A DNA stretch of 63,200 nt, the filler included, from Stramenopiles sp. TOSAG23-3 (Eukaryota): NCBI GenBank assembly GCA_900128585.1. It is 3 parts of 3 records of this genome, joined end to end, with 100 filler letters (N's around TTAATTAATTAA, not from the genome) between each part and the next. Parts side by side here need not be neighbours in the genome. Positions count along the whole stretch, not along the records: positions 1 to 30,539 come from LT642229.1; positions 30,640 to 60,967 come from LT642230.1; 1 more part is not named here. One strand, written 5' to 3'. Shown here piece by piece: positions 21,091-30,843 of this stretch (positions within the stretch are counted from its first letter, which is position 1; the number at the start of each line of letters is the position of its first letter). The position numbers were made by a program, and so were the translations under genes. The notes beneath the pieces were generated by a model. The model saw only the letters and a program-made list of their open reading frames with translations, was not told the origin of the DNA and did not search any database.

Positions 21091-21674
21091 GTTCATGCGC
21101 GCCCAATCTAAGTAAGATCATAAGCGTGCTAAAACATCTAGGAAAAAAAAGAAGAAAATTGGCTGTTATTTATTATAAGAAGTAATTAAATTTAGCGTCC
21201 TCATACCCTAATCCTAACTTGGTTCTGTAGTTTTGTTTCATTGTTGGTTGTCAATCAACCCGAGGGGATGATATATTTTCCAATGAACGATTTGATTCCA
21301 TTTGTCCATTAACGTCCTCATCCGATATCTGACTCAGAGATAAATCAATCCTTGTACGATCTTCCAAGCAGCGGCTTAATTGTTTTTGAGGTGCTCGTTG
21401 TCTGTCTTGTAAAACGTTTTTAAACAAAGCATATACTGGCTGTTTATTTAAAAGTAAAAACTTTTAATGATAAATTAGACTCTAAGGCATTATAAAATTA
21501 AAAACGCATTCTTATTAATTCTTTAGAGTATCTCGTAATGCTTAAGAATTACTGTGTACACATTTTTTGATTTTTTAAAAGGTGTAGACTTGAAATTTTG
21601 GACTATGATACGTATATTATAATAAACTGAGGACAGACACTTTAAATCATGTTATGAAACGCCTTTTGTGCCTG

Positions 21675-22982
21675 TCAAAAGTGCACACGTAACATTGTTT
21701 CGGTGTGCCTAACAAAATTCTGTAGAATCGATAACTCCCGGGCATGCAGTCTGCCGATTTTGCACAGTCTAGAACGGCAAAAAGGATACTTGGATGTTGT
21801 CGATGGAACGTGCTGGCTTAATAGTTTAATTCGATGCTTTGCAATTCTTACGCCTATTTTAAGTGCTTTTACTTCCAGGGTTTTAGAATAAGAGGTTTCT
21901 CTTCCTTCTTCTTTAGACAATTTTTCAAGCATTTCAATGTTTGTTTTATCCGCTGCCAAAATACGGCAGAGAGTTACTGAATCGTTGTCTCCAAACCCAT
22001 TTTTCATAATTCTCAGTTGCGTCAGTTTCTTCTGTTTCAGTAACTTTCGTTTTCGCTTTAAGGGCCTCTTAATTCTTAGCTCTTTCATGTATCTCAATCT
22101 TCTCAAGTTCAGCGGAATCCGCACTACTTCCTTGTCGCCCTCCGCATTAGGTACAAAATCGTATTGCAAAAGAAAATCTTCGCTGCTCAGGCCCGGTCCG
22201 TAATTTATTAGCAATTCCGTGTCTGCGGCTATCGGTGCAGTAGTTTGAACGACCATTTGGTTGCCATTTTTTATTTCGTACTGCGTGTTGTAGTCGTTGG
22301 AGTCGTGGTTGAAAAACGACAAATATGGAAAAATTACTCTTCTGGTCGTACCAGAGAGCATGCCAGGCACGTCGAATGCTCGTGTTAATACGACGGACAT
22401 TGCCACCTGGAATTCGCTCAATAAAACCTCCGTCCGATGACCATCATCCAAATCTCCATAAATTTTCGCAAAGTACTTTCTCAGCGTTCCTTCACGAACA
22501 TTTAATTTCTCTACTTTTTCCAGGAAAAATAGACCAGCTTTCTCCGCGACAGTCCAATTGAATAGATTTATTGTTGGTGGCAGAGAATCGAACCAAATTT
22601 TGTACTTGGTTCGTAATTTTGCGGTGAAGTTCAGAGCCAATATGTTACTTGCCAAATCAAACGTGTCTTTGTCAAAGGAGCAAACCTCTGACTCCCCTGA
22701 TCCTGTATTCGAAGAGACTGCGTGATTTTGTTCTACTCTTATATCGTTCTCCCAGTCAAAAGGATACACCTCTAAAACCACTGTGTTTGCCGGTATGTTA
22801 TGTTTTGCAAAAATACCTCTCCCCCCGATTGCAGACTCCCTAATGTCAAGTTTTGAGTGCACTTTACCATGCAACTTGGTTTCCACCCATTTGACGAATT
22901 CTCCATTTGTCACCTTGGCACTCACCTTGGCACTCACCCAAAACAAATGCAGAAAACCGGCAAGCAGCGCAAACTTCCACAT
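21675..22982 (-). CDS. SET-domain protein-lysine methyltransferase (SETD3/Rubisco-LSMT type) with hydrophobic N-terminus
   Basis: GGRGIFA, VLTRAF, PYLSFFNHD, ELLINYG, FLLQYDF, followed by an LSMT-like helical C-terminus. Confidence 0.85.
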   Translation of the reverse strand: MWKFALLAGFLHLFWVSAKVSAKVTNGEFVKWVETKLHGKVHSKLDIRESAIGGRGIFAKHNIPANTVVLEVYPFDWENDIRVEQNHAVSSNTGSGESEVCSFDKDTFDLASNILALNFTAKLRTKYKIWFDSLPPTINLFNWTVAEKAGLFFLEKVEKLNVREGTLRKYFAKIYGDLDDGHRTEVLLSEFQVAMSVVLTRAFDVPGMLSGTTRRVIFPYLSFFNHDSNDYNTQYEIKNGNQMVVQTTAPIAADTELLINYGPGLSSEDFLLQYDFVPNAEGDKEVVRIPLNLRRLRYMKELRIKRPLKRKRKLLKQKKLTQLRIMKNGFGDNDSVTLCRILAADKTNIEMLEKLSKEEGRETSYSKTLEVKALKIGVRIAKHRIKLLSQHVPSTTSKYPFCRSRLCKIGRLHARELSILQNFVRHTETMLRVHF

Positions 22983-23269
22983 TTACAGCGTGCACCGGAG
23001 GAAAGGCTACTTCTACACCTTTCAGAAAAGAACTGCAGCTGCACCACGTTCAATCATTTGTGGTAGATCTTATGGTTTTATTCATTTACTTCTGCGCTCG
23101 CTTTCTAAAAATAATTTTAAAAAATCACACGTTCGTGTATAGTTTCACACATTTATATAAGCCTGATGTTTATTGGGTTTACAGTATTTTTTGATAAAAA
23201 AATGGAAATAATTAATATAATTATTATTTTATTATAGCTAATATTATAAATAATAATAAAAAAAAATTG

Positions 23270-23356
23270 AGAGAAGAAGAAGAAAAGAAGAAAGAAGAAG
23301 AAAGAAGAAGAAGAAAGAAGAAGAAAGAAGAAGAAAGAAGAAGAAAGAAGAAGAAT
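23270..23356. repeat. GAA/GAAA polypurine microsatellite
   Basis: Visible (GAA)/(GAAA) repeats. Confidence 0.9.
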
Positions 23357-23391
23357 GAAAAAAAACAACAACAACAATATTTTTTTTTATA

Positions 23392-23455
23392 CAGTTCTTG
23401 ACAGCACTTCCTAGACTACGCCTAGGCGTAGTCTAGGAAGTGCGGTCAAGAACTG
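23392..23455. mobile_element. 64-bp palindromic MITE-like element (Tc1/mariner-type ends, TA flanks)
   Basis: 32-bp arms with one mismatch and no loop; ends CAGT...ACTG; TA at 23390-91 and 23456-57. Confidence 0.65.
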
Positions 23456-23777
23456 TAATAATATATAAATATATTATTAGTCTATTATTATTATCAGCCC
23501 CTATAATAATAATAATAATATTATATTATTTATTACCAGTAGTAGTATTATTATTATATATATTTTTAAAAAAATCGCCTACTTTTTCTTATTTGAAGTT
23601 ATTGAATATAATTGCACTTTCAATCACCTTTACATCTACAAAATTATGCCTTAATTAAAAATGTCAATGGATACGGAACATGTTGAAACGTGTTGGACGT
23701 GATAGTGACATTAACTGTTCAACGAAGAATTCAACGGAAAGAAAACCTTGGTGTTTGCAGTATACATATTGTTTCGG

Positions 23778-24152
23778 ATGTGTTCAATAGGACGGTGTCG
23801 TCGGCGGAGACACTCCGCCCCATCCTCTCTGAACGGCCACCAGAACCTCTTGCCCGGTGCGGTTCAGAGCGGGGTCGCGTGTTATGGGCGGCGCAGAACT
23901 GTTGTTGGTGAAATATTTGACCGTGCCGATCCAAGCGGTCCAAACAATTTGATGGAAAATCTACTGTTAGTCAGCCATAAAATTAGAGAAAACTCGTACA
24001 TCATTGAACAAGTACTTCGTGACTTGCAGTCGACGCAAGAGAGTTACGAGCACCTTCTTGAAAGCTGGCAGCGTAACTCAAGCTTTGACAGCGCGGCGTG
24101 TAACCAGTCCCGCAGTGTGGCGTCGGAAACCTCTCAATTCCGAGCCATGTAG
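23778..24152 (+). CDS. Small hypothetical protein with a short coiled-coil-like segment
   Basis: ATG ORF in a GC-elevated island, converging on the next gene; no family recognised. Confidence 0.4.
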   Translation: MCSIGRCRRRRHSAPSSLNGHQNLLPGAVQSGVACYGRRRTVVGEIFDRADPSGPNNLMENLLLVSHKIRENSYIIEQVLRDLQSTQESYEHLLESWQRNSSFDSAACNQSRSVASETSQFRAM

Positions 24153-24339
24153 AGACGGCCAAACGGTTTGCGTTCTCACGAGTCACGTAGATAATAGGCT
24201 TTACGAAAATGTATTTTCAAAACAATAAATTATATTTTATGAATTTTGAATTAAAAAATAAATAAAATTTAAATTATGCCCGCCCCTGACAAGGAGGAAC
24301 GGCTTATCCACGCCTTACAAACATACACGCCACACGCCT

Positions 24340-25566
24340 CTACCTGTTGCTCGTGGGGGAGTATAGTTCCCTTCTTACGGTATCCTCAATCCCTTCCATT
24401 GTTCTTCTGGACACCTTCATTGGCTTCTTCACGACACCACCGCCGTCCCCCCAGGGGCTTCTCAAGGGCGCTGTCCTCGGCCTAGTATCGAAATAGTCTC
24501 CACGAGCATGTCGCGGGGGACTGTACTTGGCAGGCCCAGGAATATCCTTGGACCTGTAAACTACCCATTCCAGCGGTGTTTTCGGTCGTGACTCGTTAAA
24601 TCTACCACCTCCTATTTTCGGATTAGGCAGCATCCCGTACGTTGCTGGCCCTGGCGTGTCCTTGTTGTAATACATTACCCACTCGATCTCTGATTTTCCA
24701 TTCCCACTGTTAAACCGGCCCCCGCCGATCTTTGGCAGTGGCGGAGCAGGGTATTCGGCGGACGATGGGGTGTCCTTGGCGAAGTATTGTATCCAATCTA
24801 TTTCCGACTTTAATTTTGCCGAGCTTATTCTCCCTCCTTTGGGGAGTGGGATTGGTGCCGGCTCGTAGTCGGACGGCCCTGGAAGCTGTTTCGAACGGTA
24901 CACTATCCACTCCGTATAACTTTTCGGCCGGGATTCGTTGAACCGGCCGCCGTTGATTTTTGACATTTCCGGCCGAGGGTAGGCATTTGGCCCTGGGGTC
25001 TGCGACGCAAAGTACATTGTCCAGTCGATTTCACTTTTTGGGTTGCTTGTGTTAAAAATACCACTGTATTTGTTCAGACTATGACCAAACATCCGGGAGT
25101 CTTTGATTGTATACGTGGAAGGTCCCGGGGATGGCAGGGTCTTGACGGGCCGAAACCCTCGTTTTTTAGGTTTTTTCTTTCTTCTTCTCTTCTTTTTCTT
25201 CGCTAAGCGTTTCCTCCGCTTTCTGAGCTTTCCCATAAGGTTCCTATTTTCAATCGTCTTTAGAGACTCGAAATGTATGCCTGAAGCGCCGAAGGAAATT
25301 CTTTTCGAGACTGCCTTGTACGCAGGCGTGGTCTTGTCGAGGCTTGCCAAAGACACAGGCAAAGGGTCGTAATCTTCCAGGCACTCTCGTGCTCTACTTT
25401 TTGTTCTATACAGTGTTCGCGTGTTTCCATTTCGGTAGTCATCATGCTCATTCTCATATTCGTCTTGGTATGCGTTTGCGTCGTACGAATCCGTGTCTGA
25501 ACCCCCATCCTCTTCCCCATGGGTTTCACGACTAGCGGTAAGCCCAGTGCTCTCGGCTTCTGCCAT
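24340..25566 (-). CDS. SHIPPO/PGP-repeat (ODF3/STPG-like) ciliary microtubule-binding protein
   Basis: About six ~38-aa repeats of the form (T/L)PGPxxY...GGRFNxSxxKSEIxW. Confidence 0.85.
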   Translation of the reverse strand: MAEAESTGLTASRETHGEEDGGSDTDSYDANAYQDEYENEHDDYRNGNTRTLYRTKSRARECLEDYDPLPVSLASLDKTTPAYKAVSKRISFGASGIHFESLKTIENRNLMGKLRKRRKRLAKKKKRRRKKKPKKRGFRPVKTLPSPGPSTYTIKDSRMFGHSLNKYSGIFNTSNPKSEIDWTMYFASQTPGPNAYPRPEMSKINGGRFNESRPKSYTEWIVYRSKQLPGPSDYEPAPIPLPKGGRISSAKLKSEIDWIQYFAKDTPSSAEYPAPPLPKIGGGRFNSGNGKSEIEWVMYYNKDTPGPATYGMLPNPKIGGGRFNESRPKTPLEWVVYRSKDIPGPAKYSPPRHARGDYFDTRPRTAPLRSPWGDGGGVVKKPMKVSRRTMEGIEDTVRRELYSPTSNR

Positions 25567-26421
25567 TGCTGCACAGACGGCCCTCTAAAGGTTGTACTGC
25601 GCGCCCTTCAATTTACCCGGAACAGTACTAATAGAGTGTACTCTTCGGTTACAGCGGCCAAGGGCTCTTTGGGTTTTGTTCGAAGCTGCTCCTCTGCAAA
25701 TTTCCATGAGTACTCAAAAATATTCTAGAAGGGGGGCGTACTTGTGCCACCAAATTCTTGCACGTTGCACGTTGCTCATTGTCGTTTGTTCCTTTGTTGT
25801 TATTATTACTTGTTGCTCCTCCATTATAAAAAAAAAAAGAAGAAGAAGAGAAGAAGAACGAATGAGAAAAAAAGACTGCAACTAAACGGAACAATGAAAA
25901 CAAAAACTCATTTCACAAGTCTACATAATAATATAGTTAACACATTTAATTTCTCCTATGAAATGATAATTTACGCGTACTTCATCGAGAAATGCTTTCT
26001 CCGTCCGAATCCTACATTACCTCGTGGTGTGCTGTTCAATTTACATTTGTAGAATTTTTATTATTATTGTTATAATGGTGCGTACCTGTACCGTACGGGT
26101 ACCACCACCACCATGAATTTTTCATATTTTAGAAGTTCCTGCTGAAATAAATTGCAAATAATAATATAATCATCATCACCACATCATATTTTCTTCTAAT
26201 TGCAATAATATTAATTATTTCTTTCGTGGTTGACTTTATTTATAACGTTTGTGTTCGCTCGTCATTGTATTCTTCGTTCTTTTACGCCCCGTGTCGCGTT
26301 CAACGTAGGCATTTCTACCTAATCGAACATTCTAAAACAAACGGTTTAAAACAAGAATTTGAACCCGATCCGTTTGGTCATCACTGCTGCAAATGAAAGG
26401 CAGAGAACTGTGATCGATCGG

Positions 26422-29400
26422 ATGGAGGCATTTAAGAAAGATGAAGACCAGGCAACGATCAACCCGATGTTTATTGCCAGATCAACGAGGGCTGTGGCAG
26501 ACCATGGGAGCAAAACGGATTTTTCACCATCACAAGAGAAAGAAACCAGTCAACAGAAACGCAGCCGAATAATACACCACATTACCCGCACATTACTGTT
26601 CCTTGCGATTCCTCTACTGTGTATATGGTACATTGAAGACGCATACGTGCAGGATCATATGCTCTTGTTGACGTACATCCAAATTCTATTTATGGTTGTA
26701 TTTCAAGGGGTATTTTTGCAATCATTTTTAACCCAAGAAAACACAACTGTCAAAATGATGGTTGTGGCAACACTTCTGTACGTGCTTACGTGTTTGATTT
26801 GTAGGGCTACACCCGAAGGAATGGGCACGGGGAAAACTGTGGAAACAGAAAGTTGTGGACAATGTGCGGAATGTTGGTGGGTCGACAAGGAAGACATTCC
26901 TGGAGAAATATCTCACTACCTGATAGAAAATGAAGAAACGGGTTTCTTTGCTACTGGTGCTTCGTATGAAGGAACACGGTTAACTCGTGAACAAGTTTTG
27001 ACATTTACTGGCCATCTGACATTTGCCCAAAAACTCCTTGCAGGTACTGCTCAAGATGTTGATCCAACGGCATGTGATGGGATTTTTGTCAATATTGTAG
27101 CAACTAGTCTTGTTGGAACGTGCAATGGAACATGCCAAGCAGCGAAAATTAGTCGAACGAAATGTAAAAATAGCATCCGTGGGCAAAATTGCTTAACGTT
27201 CCTTGATAGTATAAAAGATTTCCCTTTTATGGCCGCTTTTGCACCCTACATACGATTTCAGTTTTCAAATGATGAAACAGTAGACAACCTAGCACGAGCA
27301 TTGCTCATTAAAAGAATACAACAGTTTGAACATGCGCTGGGTAATGTCACAAATTGGTTGGATCTTTGTGGTAATAATGAACTCTTTGCAGCTAGCAATG
27401 ATACAGTGTTCAATTGCTCGCACCCAAACAACAATCGACCGCAATCTTCAAAAATACTCCATAAATCCTACGTAGCTACCGGCGCAAAGGTAACGTGGAC
27501 GACTATTTGTAGTGCAATATGGGCAATCATATGGGGATCCCACACTCTCACATTTCGCACAACAAAACTTCGACCGCTTTACAAAACCGATGTCATGCAA
27601 CTCATTGTGTCCATAGGGTTTTTGGTTGCACTCACCGGATTCATGTTTCAAAAACTGGTCTTGTTTGACACCAGAAGCACGCAGACGATCGGGGAAGTAG
27701 TGGTTACTCATACATACGGCATCGTGCTTGCAATCAACTCGTTTATATTGTTCAAGTCCACATTTGCCCTTCAAGGCAAGAAACCAAGACTTGTTAATAC
27801 CAGCGAAAACAATAAACTTTTGAAATGGTATTCGATATTTGACGCGTTAACAGACGTCGATGATGGAAAATACTACTTCGTCTATATTGTTTTATTTGAG
27901 CTTGTGGAAATTATTGTCCAAATGGCGACCTTTGATGTTATGGCACGAACAAACGACATGGATTATGTTTTGGCTTCAACAACCATTTTATCATTGAATC
28001 TAGTAACAACTCCAATGGCTTTTATGCTCTCTAGATTCAATGATAGTTGGGGAAGGAAAACCACGTTCATTGTCGACACTATACTAGAGGCATCTTACCT
28101 TTTTCTGAATTTACAAGCGACAGGGCGAAATGATTTATTACAGTTCTCTGTGATGCTTTCAATTTTGTTCCCACTCCTGACATTGCTGGCGAAGGTTCGC
28201 GCATTTGTAGAGTTGTCAACCACGTACATTGCTAATAAAGATCGACGCGACTCATGGCTCCATACAAGTTTACAAGCGTTGCAACAATCGTTACAGAAGA
28301 CTTCAGGATCCAAAAAACGCAAACGCAGACACCAACAGCCCATAAACATTCAAAACGCGCTCTCAGTTTTTGTTGGAGCCTTAATGGTGGTTTTAGGCAT
28401 TTCCTTCTTTGTTTATATTGTGGTTAACATTTTGCTCGTTACAGAAGATTGTGGAAAAAAGCTTGGAAAAGAGATTTGGGAAGGTGCGCATCCTCGGTAT
28501 GTTTTCAAGGATGGGCCGTTAATAACACCAACATGTCATTTTGAGACCATCGCCTCTATCAAAGCAAACGGCAAAGGTATAACGCACCTTACAGCAGACA
28601 TCAGCTCCCTAGTAAATTTGATAGAAATTGATCTACGAGACAACGAGATCAAGCGTTTGCCACCACAAATTACAAAACTAAAGCGTTTATTTGTGGTAAA
28701 ATTTGATCGCAATCCGGTATGGGATGAGATAATGTGGGAAAATCAGGGTTTTTTGCGGTACCCTAAAATTTTGTTCCACTTCACAAATCTGCGGTCATTA
28801 AGCCTTGGATACAATCGGATCACAAACATACCGTCCAGTATAAGCCGACTTGGAAATTTAAGATCGCTTTTCCTGCAAAATAATTCAATACATCGAGGAG
28901 GTCTATCGCAGGAAATAACAGTTTTGACAAAGCTTGAAGTATTGGATGCCAATTTTAATCCCGTCGCAAGCTCGTTGCAATGGTCAAACATTGATCCTAC
29001 CGGAGCGTTGCGCATTTTACGACTAATAAACAATACAATGAAAGACCTCGACTTATCAAACGGCAGATTTAGTGCGGGGGAGACAGCAACAGTATTGCAA
29101 CTGCTCCCTCGTTTGGAACGTTTGAATGTATCAAATAATCAGTTACAGATGGTTTCGTTTCGTGCCGTGGACTTTACATCAATGCTGCTACAAGTACTAG
29201 ATGTGTCGTTGAACCCTGTAAAAGATGTCCGTTTACTTGACTTGTATCAGTTGGATAATGTACACAAAAGAGGGATGGTTTATATGAAAAACTTAGACGC
29301 AGCAATGTTTGCTTTCGATAGCCTAGATGTAGACAGATCTCGGAAGTTACCGTTTGGGTTGATGGGACACTATTTTGCAGAAAATGTTTTATTGCATGTG

Positions 29401-30390
29401 CTGTTTGAAGGAAATGGGACACTGCAATTTCCCTTTTGCCGCTTGCAAAACAATCTTATAAGCGTTACTGTTAAGGCTGTCAGAAATCTTTCTACAGCAT
29501 GCTTAGGAAAACAAAATGGTCTGAAACTACTCCGACTCAGTGAGAACAAAATAGAAAATATCAATCTTAACAAATTTAGCACATTGGAATTGTTAGAACT
29601 GACTAAAGAAGGAGTCAAATCCATTGATGTCTCCATGTTAGCATCCCTTCAATCATTGAAACTTGATGATACCCCGTTAAGTTCAATTGACCTTCGCAAT
29701 TTATCAGAACTGACACAATTAAGTTTTGCCCGTAATCATTTTACATTTGCCAATGTTAGTTTTCTGCAAAAAATAAAAAAACTGACAATACGCGACAATC
29801 CTCGATTGACTAATGTTTATATTGGGCAATTGATACACTTGACTTATTTGAGTCTTTCTGGCAACCAACTGAAGTCAATCGATCTCACTCAGGCGGTAAG
29901 ACTGGAAGAACTGCATCTCAGCAGAAACCAGCTTACTTCCATCAATGTAAAACCGTTGAAACAGTTGAAACATGTACATCTACAAGAAAATAATTTAACG
30001 TCCATCATAAATGTGACTGCTTTGACTGGGCTTGAATCGCTGAAATTGCACAGCAATAGTTTCAACAGTTCTGTTCCTGACACATTTAGTAAGTTAATAC
30101 ACCTTAGTTGTCTCAGCATGCGCAGTTCTCATTTGAAAGGAAATCTACCATGGATCGGCGAGTTGAGAAACTTGGAATTGCTGGATCTGCGGAACAATAC
30201 CTTGGAGGGCAAATTATCATTAAAACAATTGTTAAAGCTAAAATATTTGGGCCTCGGTGGTTCCGGGATCGATATGAATACGTCAGAAGTTCAAAGTATG
30301 TTACCCCACCTAAAGTATCATGGGGATCATTACCGTCATGAATCTTTTACTCCTGAAATGTCACATAGCTATAACACTTGGTGTATTTGA
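26422..30390 (+). CDS. Multi-pass transmembrane protein with Cys-rich loop and long C-terminal leucine-rich-repeat region
   Basis: Many hydrophobic segments in the N-terminal half; numerous LxxLxLxxNxI repeats (LRSLSLGYNRITNIPSSISRLGNL, LEELHLSRNQLTSI). First ATG 26422. Confidence 0.85.
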   Translation: MEAFKKDEDQATINPMFIARSTRAVADHGSKTDFSPSQEKETSQQKRSRIIHHITRTLLFLAIPLLCIWYIEDAYVQDHMLLLTYIQILFMVVFQGVFLQSFLTQENTTVKMMVVATLLYVLTCLICRATPEGMGTGKTVETESCGQCAECWWVDKEDIPGEISHYLIENEETGFFATGASYEGTRLTREQVLTFTGHLTFAQKLLAGTAQDVDPTACDGIFVNIVATSLVGTCNGTCQAAKISRTKCKNSIRGQNCLTFLDSIKDFPFMAAFAPYIRFQFSNDETVDNLARALLIKRIQQFEHALGNVTNWLDLCGNNELFAASNDTVFNCSHPNNNRPQSSKILHKSYVATGAKVTWTTICSAIWAIIWGSHTLTFRTTKLRPLYKTDVMQLIVSIGFLVALTGFMFQKLVLFDTRSTQTIGEVVVTHTYGIVLAINSFILFKSTFALQGKKPRLVNTSENNKLLKWYSIFDALTDVDDGKYYFVYIVLFELVEIIVQMATFDVMARTNDMDYVLASTTILSLNLVTTPMAFMLSRFNDSWGRKTTFIVDTILEASYLFLNLQATGRNDLLQFSVMLSILFPLLTLLAKVRAFVELSTTYIANKDRRDSWLHTSLQALQQSLQKTSGSKKRKRRHQQPINIQNALSVFVGALMVVLGISFFVYIVVNILLVTEDCGKKLGKEIWEGAHPRYVFKDGPLITPTCHFETIASIKANGKGITHLTADISSLVNLIEIDLRDNEIKRLPPQITKLKRLFVVKFDRNPVWDEIMWENQGFLRYPKILFHFTNLRSLSLGYNRITNIPSSISRLGNLRSLFLQNNSIHRGGLSQEITVLTKLEVLDANFNPVASSLQWSNIDPTGALRILRLINNTMKDLDLSNGRFSAGETATVLQLLPRLERLNVSNNQLQMVSFRAVDFTSMLLQVLDVSLNPVKDVRLLDLYQLDNVHKRGMVYMKNLDAAMFAFDSLDVDRSRKLPFGLMGHYFAENVLLHVLFEGNGTLQFPFCRLQNNLISVTVKAVRNLSTACLGKQNGLKLLRLSENKIENINLNKFSTLELLELTKEGVKSIDVSMLASLQSLKLDDTPLSSIDLRNLSELTQLSFARNHFTFANVSFLQKIKKLTIRDNPRLTNVYIGQLIHLTYLSLSGNQLKSIDLTQAVRLEELHLSRNQLTSINVKPLKQLKHVHLQENNLTSIINVTALTGLESLKLHSNSFNSSVPDTFSKLIHLSCLSMRSSHLKGNLPWIGELRNLELLDLRNNTLEGKLSLKQLLKLKYLGLGGSGIDMNTSEVQSMLPHLKYHGDHYRHESFTPEMSHSYNTWCI

Positions 30391-30539
30391 TTGTGAAGAG
30401 GTAGTTCATATTTTTTAATGACTGCGAACCGTACGAGTAGGAGCAACTTGTAAAAATAATGTTATACTACTTCAAAAGTAATCATTATTACCAATCAAAG
30501 TTGTACAATACAATGTGTTTATGTTTTTTTCAGCTACTA

Positions 30540-30639
30540 NNNNNNNNNNNNNNNNNNNNNNNNNNNNNNNNNNNNNNNNNNNNTTAATTAATTAANNNNN
30601 NNNNNNNNNNNNNNNNNNNNNNNNNNNNNNNNNNNNNNN
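30540..30639. other. Artificial contig linker (N44-TTAATTAATTAA-N44)
   Basis: Six-frame stop spacer flanked by N runs. Confidence 0.98.
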
Positions 30640-30843
30640 CTATAGCAAAGCAATTTGACAATGCAGACTTAATTGCCTTGTCGTCAAAATCTCTGTAGAT
30701 GCTCTTGCAATACTCTATACCGAAATTTCCTGCCGTGCACAACAAACACGACCTGCGGGCCCGTTCGCACATTTTTTGTACTCTGATAAAAGTCTATCGT
30801 GCTCCACAGTTTTGCCGCCCTTTGCCTTCCTCTTGGCCCCCCA

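Noticed and set aside
21251-21420. Minus-strand frame with an LRR-like stretch (RIDLSLSQISDEDV...NRSL)
   Set aside because: About 55 codons, no suitable start, similarity too weak to call a pseudogene
30540-30639. TTAATTAATTAA palindrome within N runs (also 60968-61067)
   Set aside because: Artificial six-frame-stop contig linker; ORFs ending in X..LIN are artefacts
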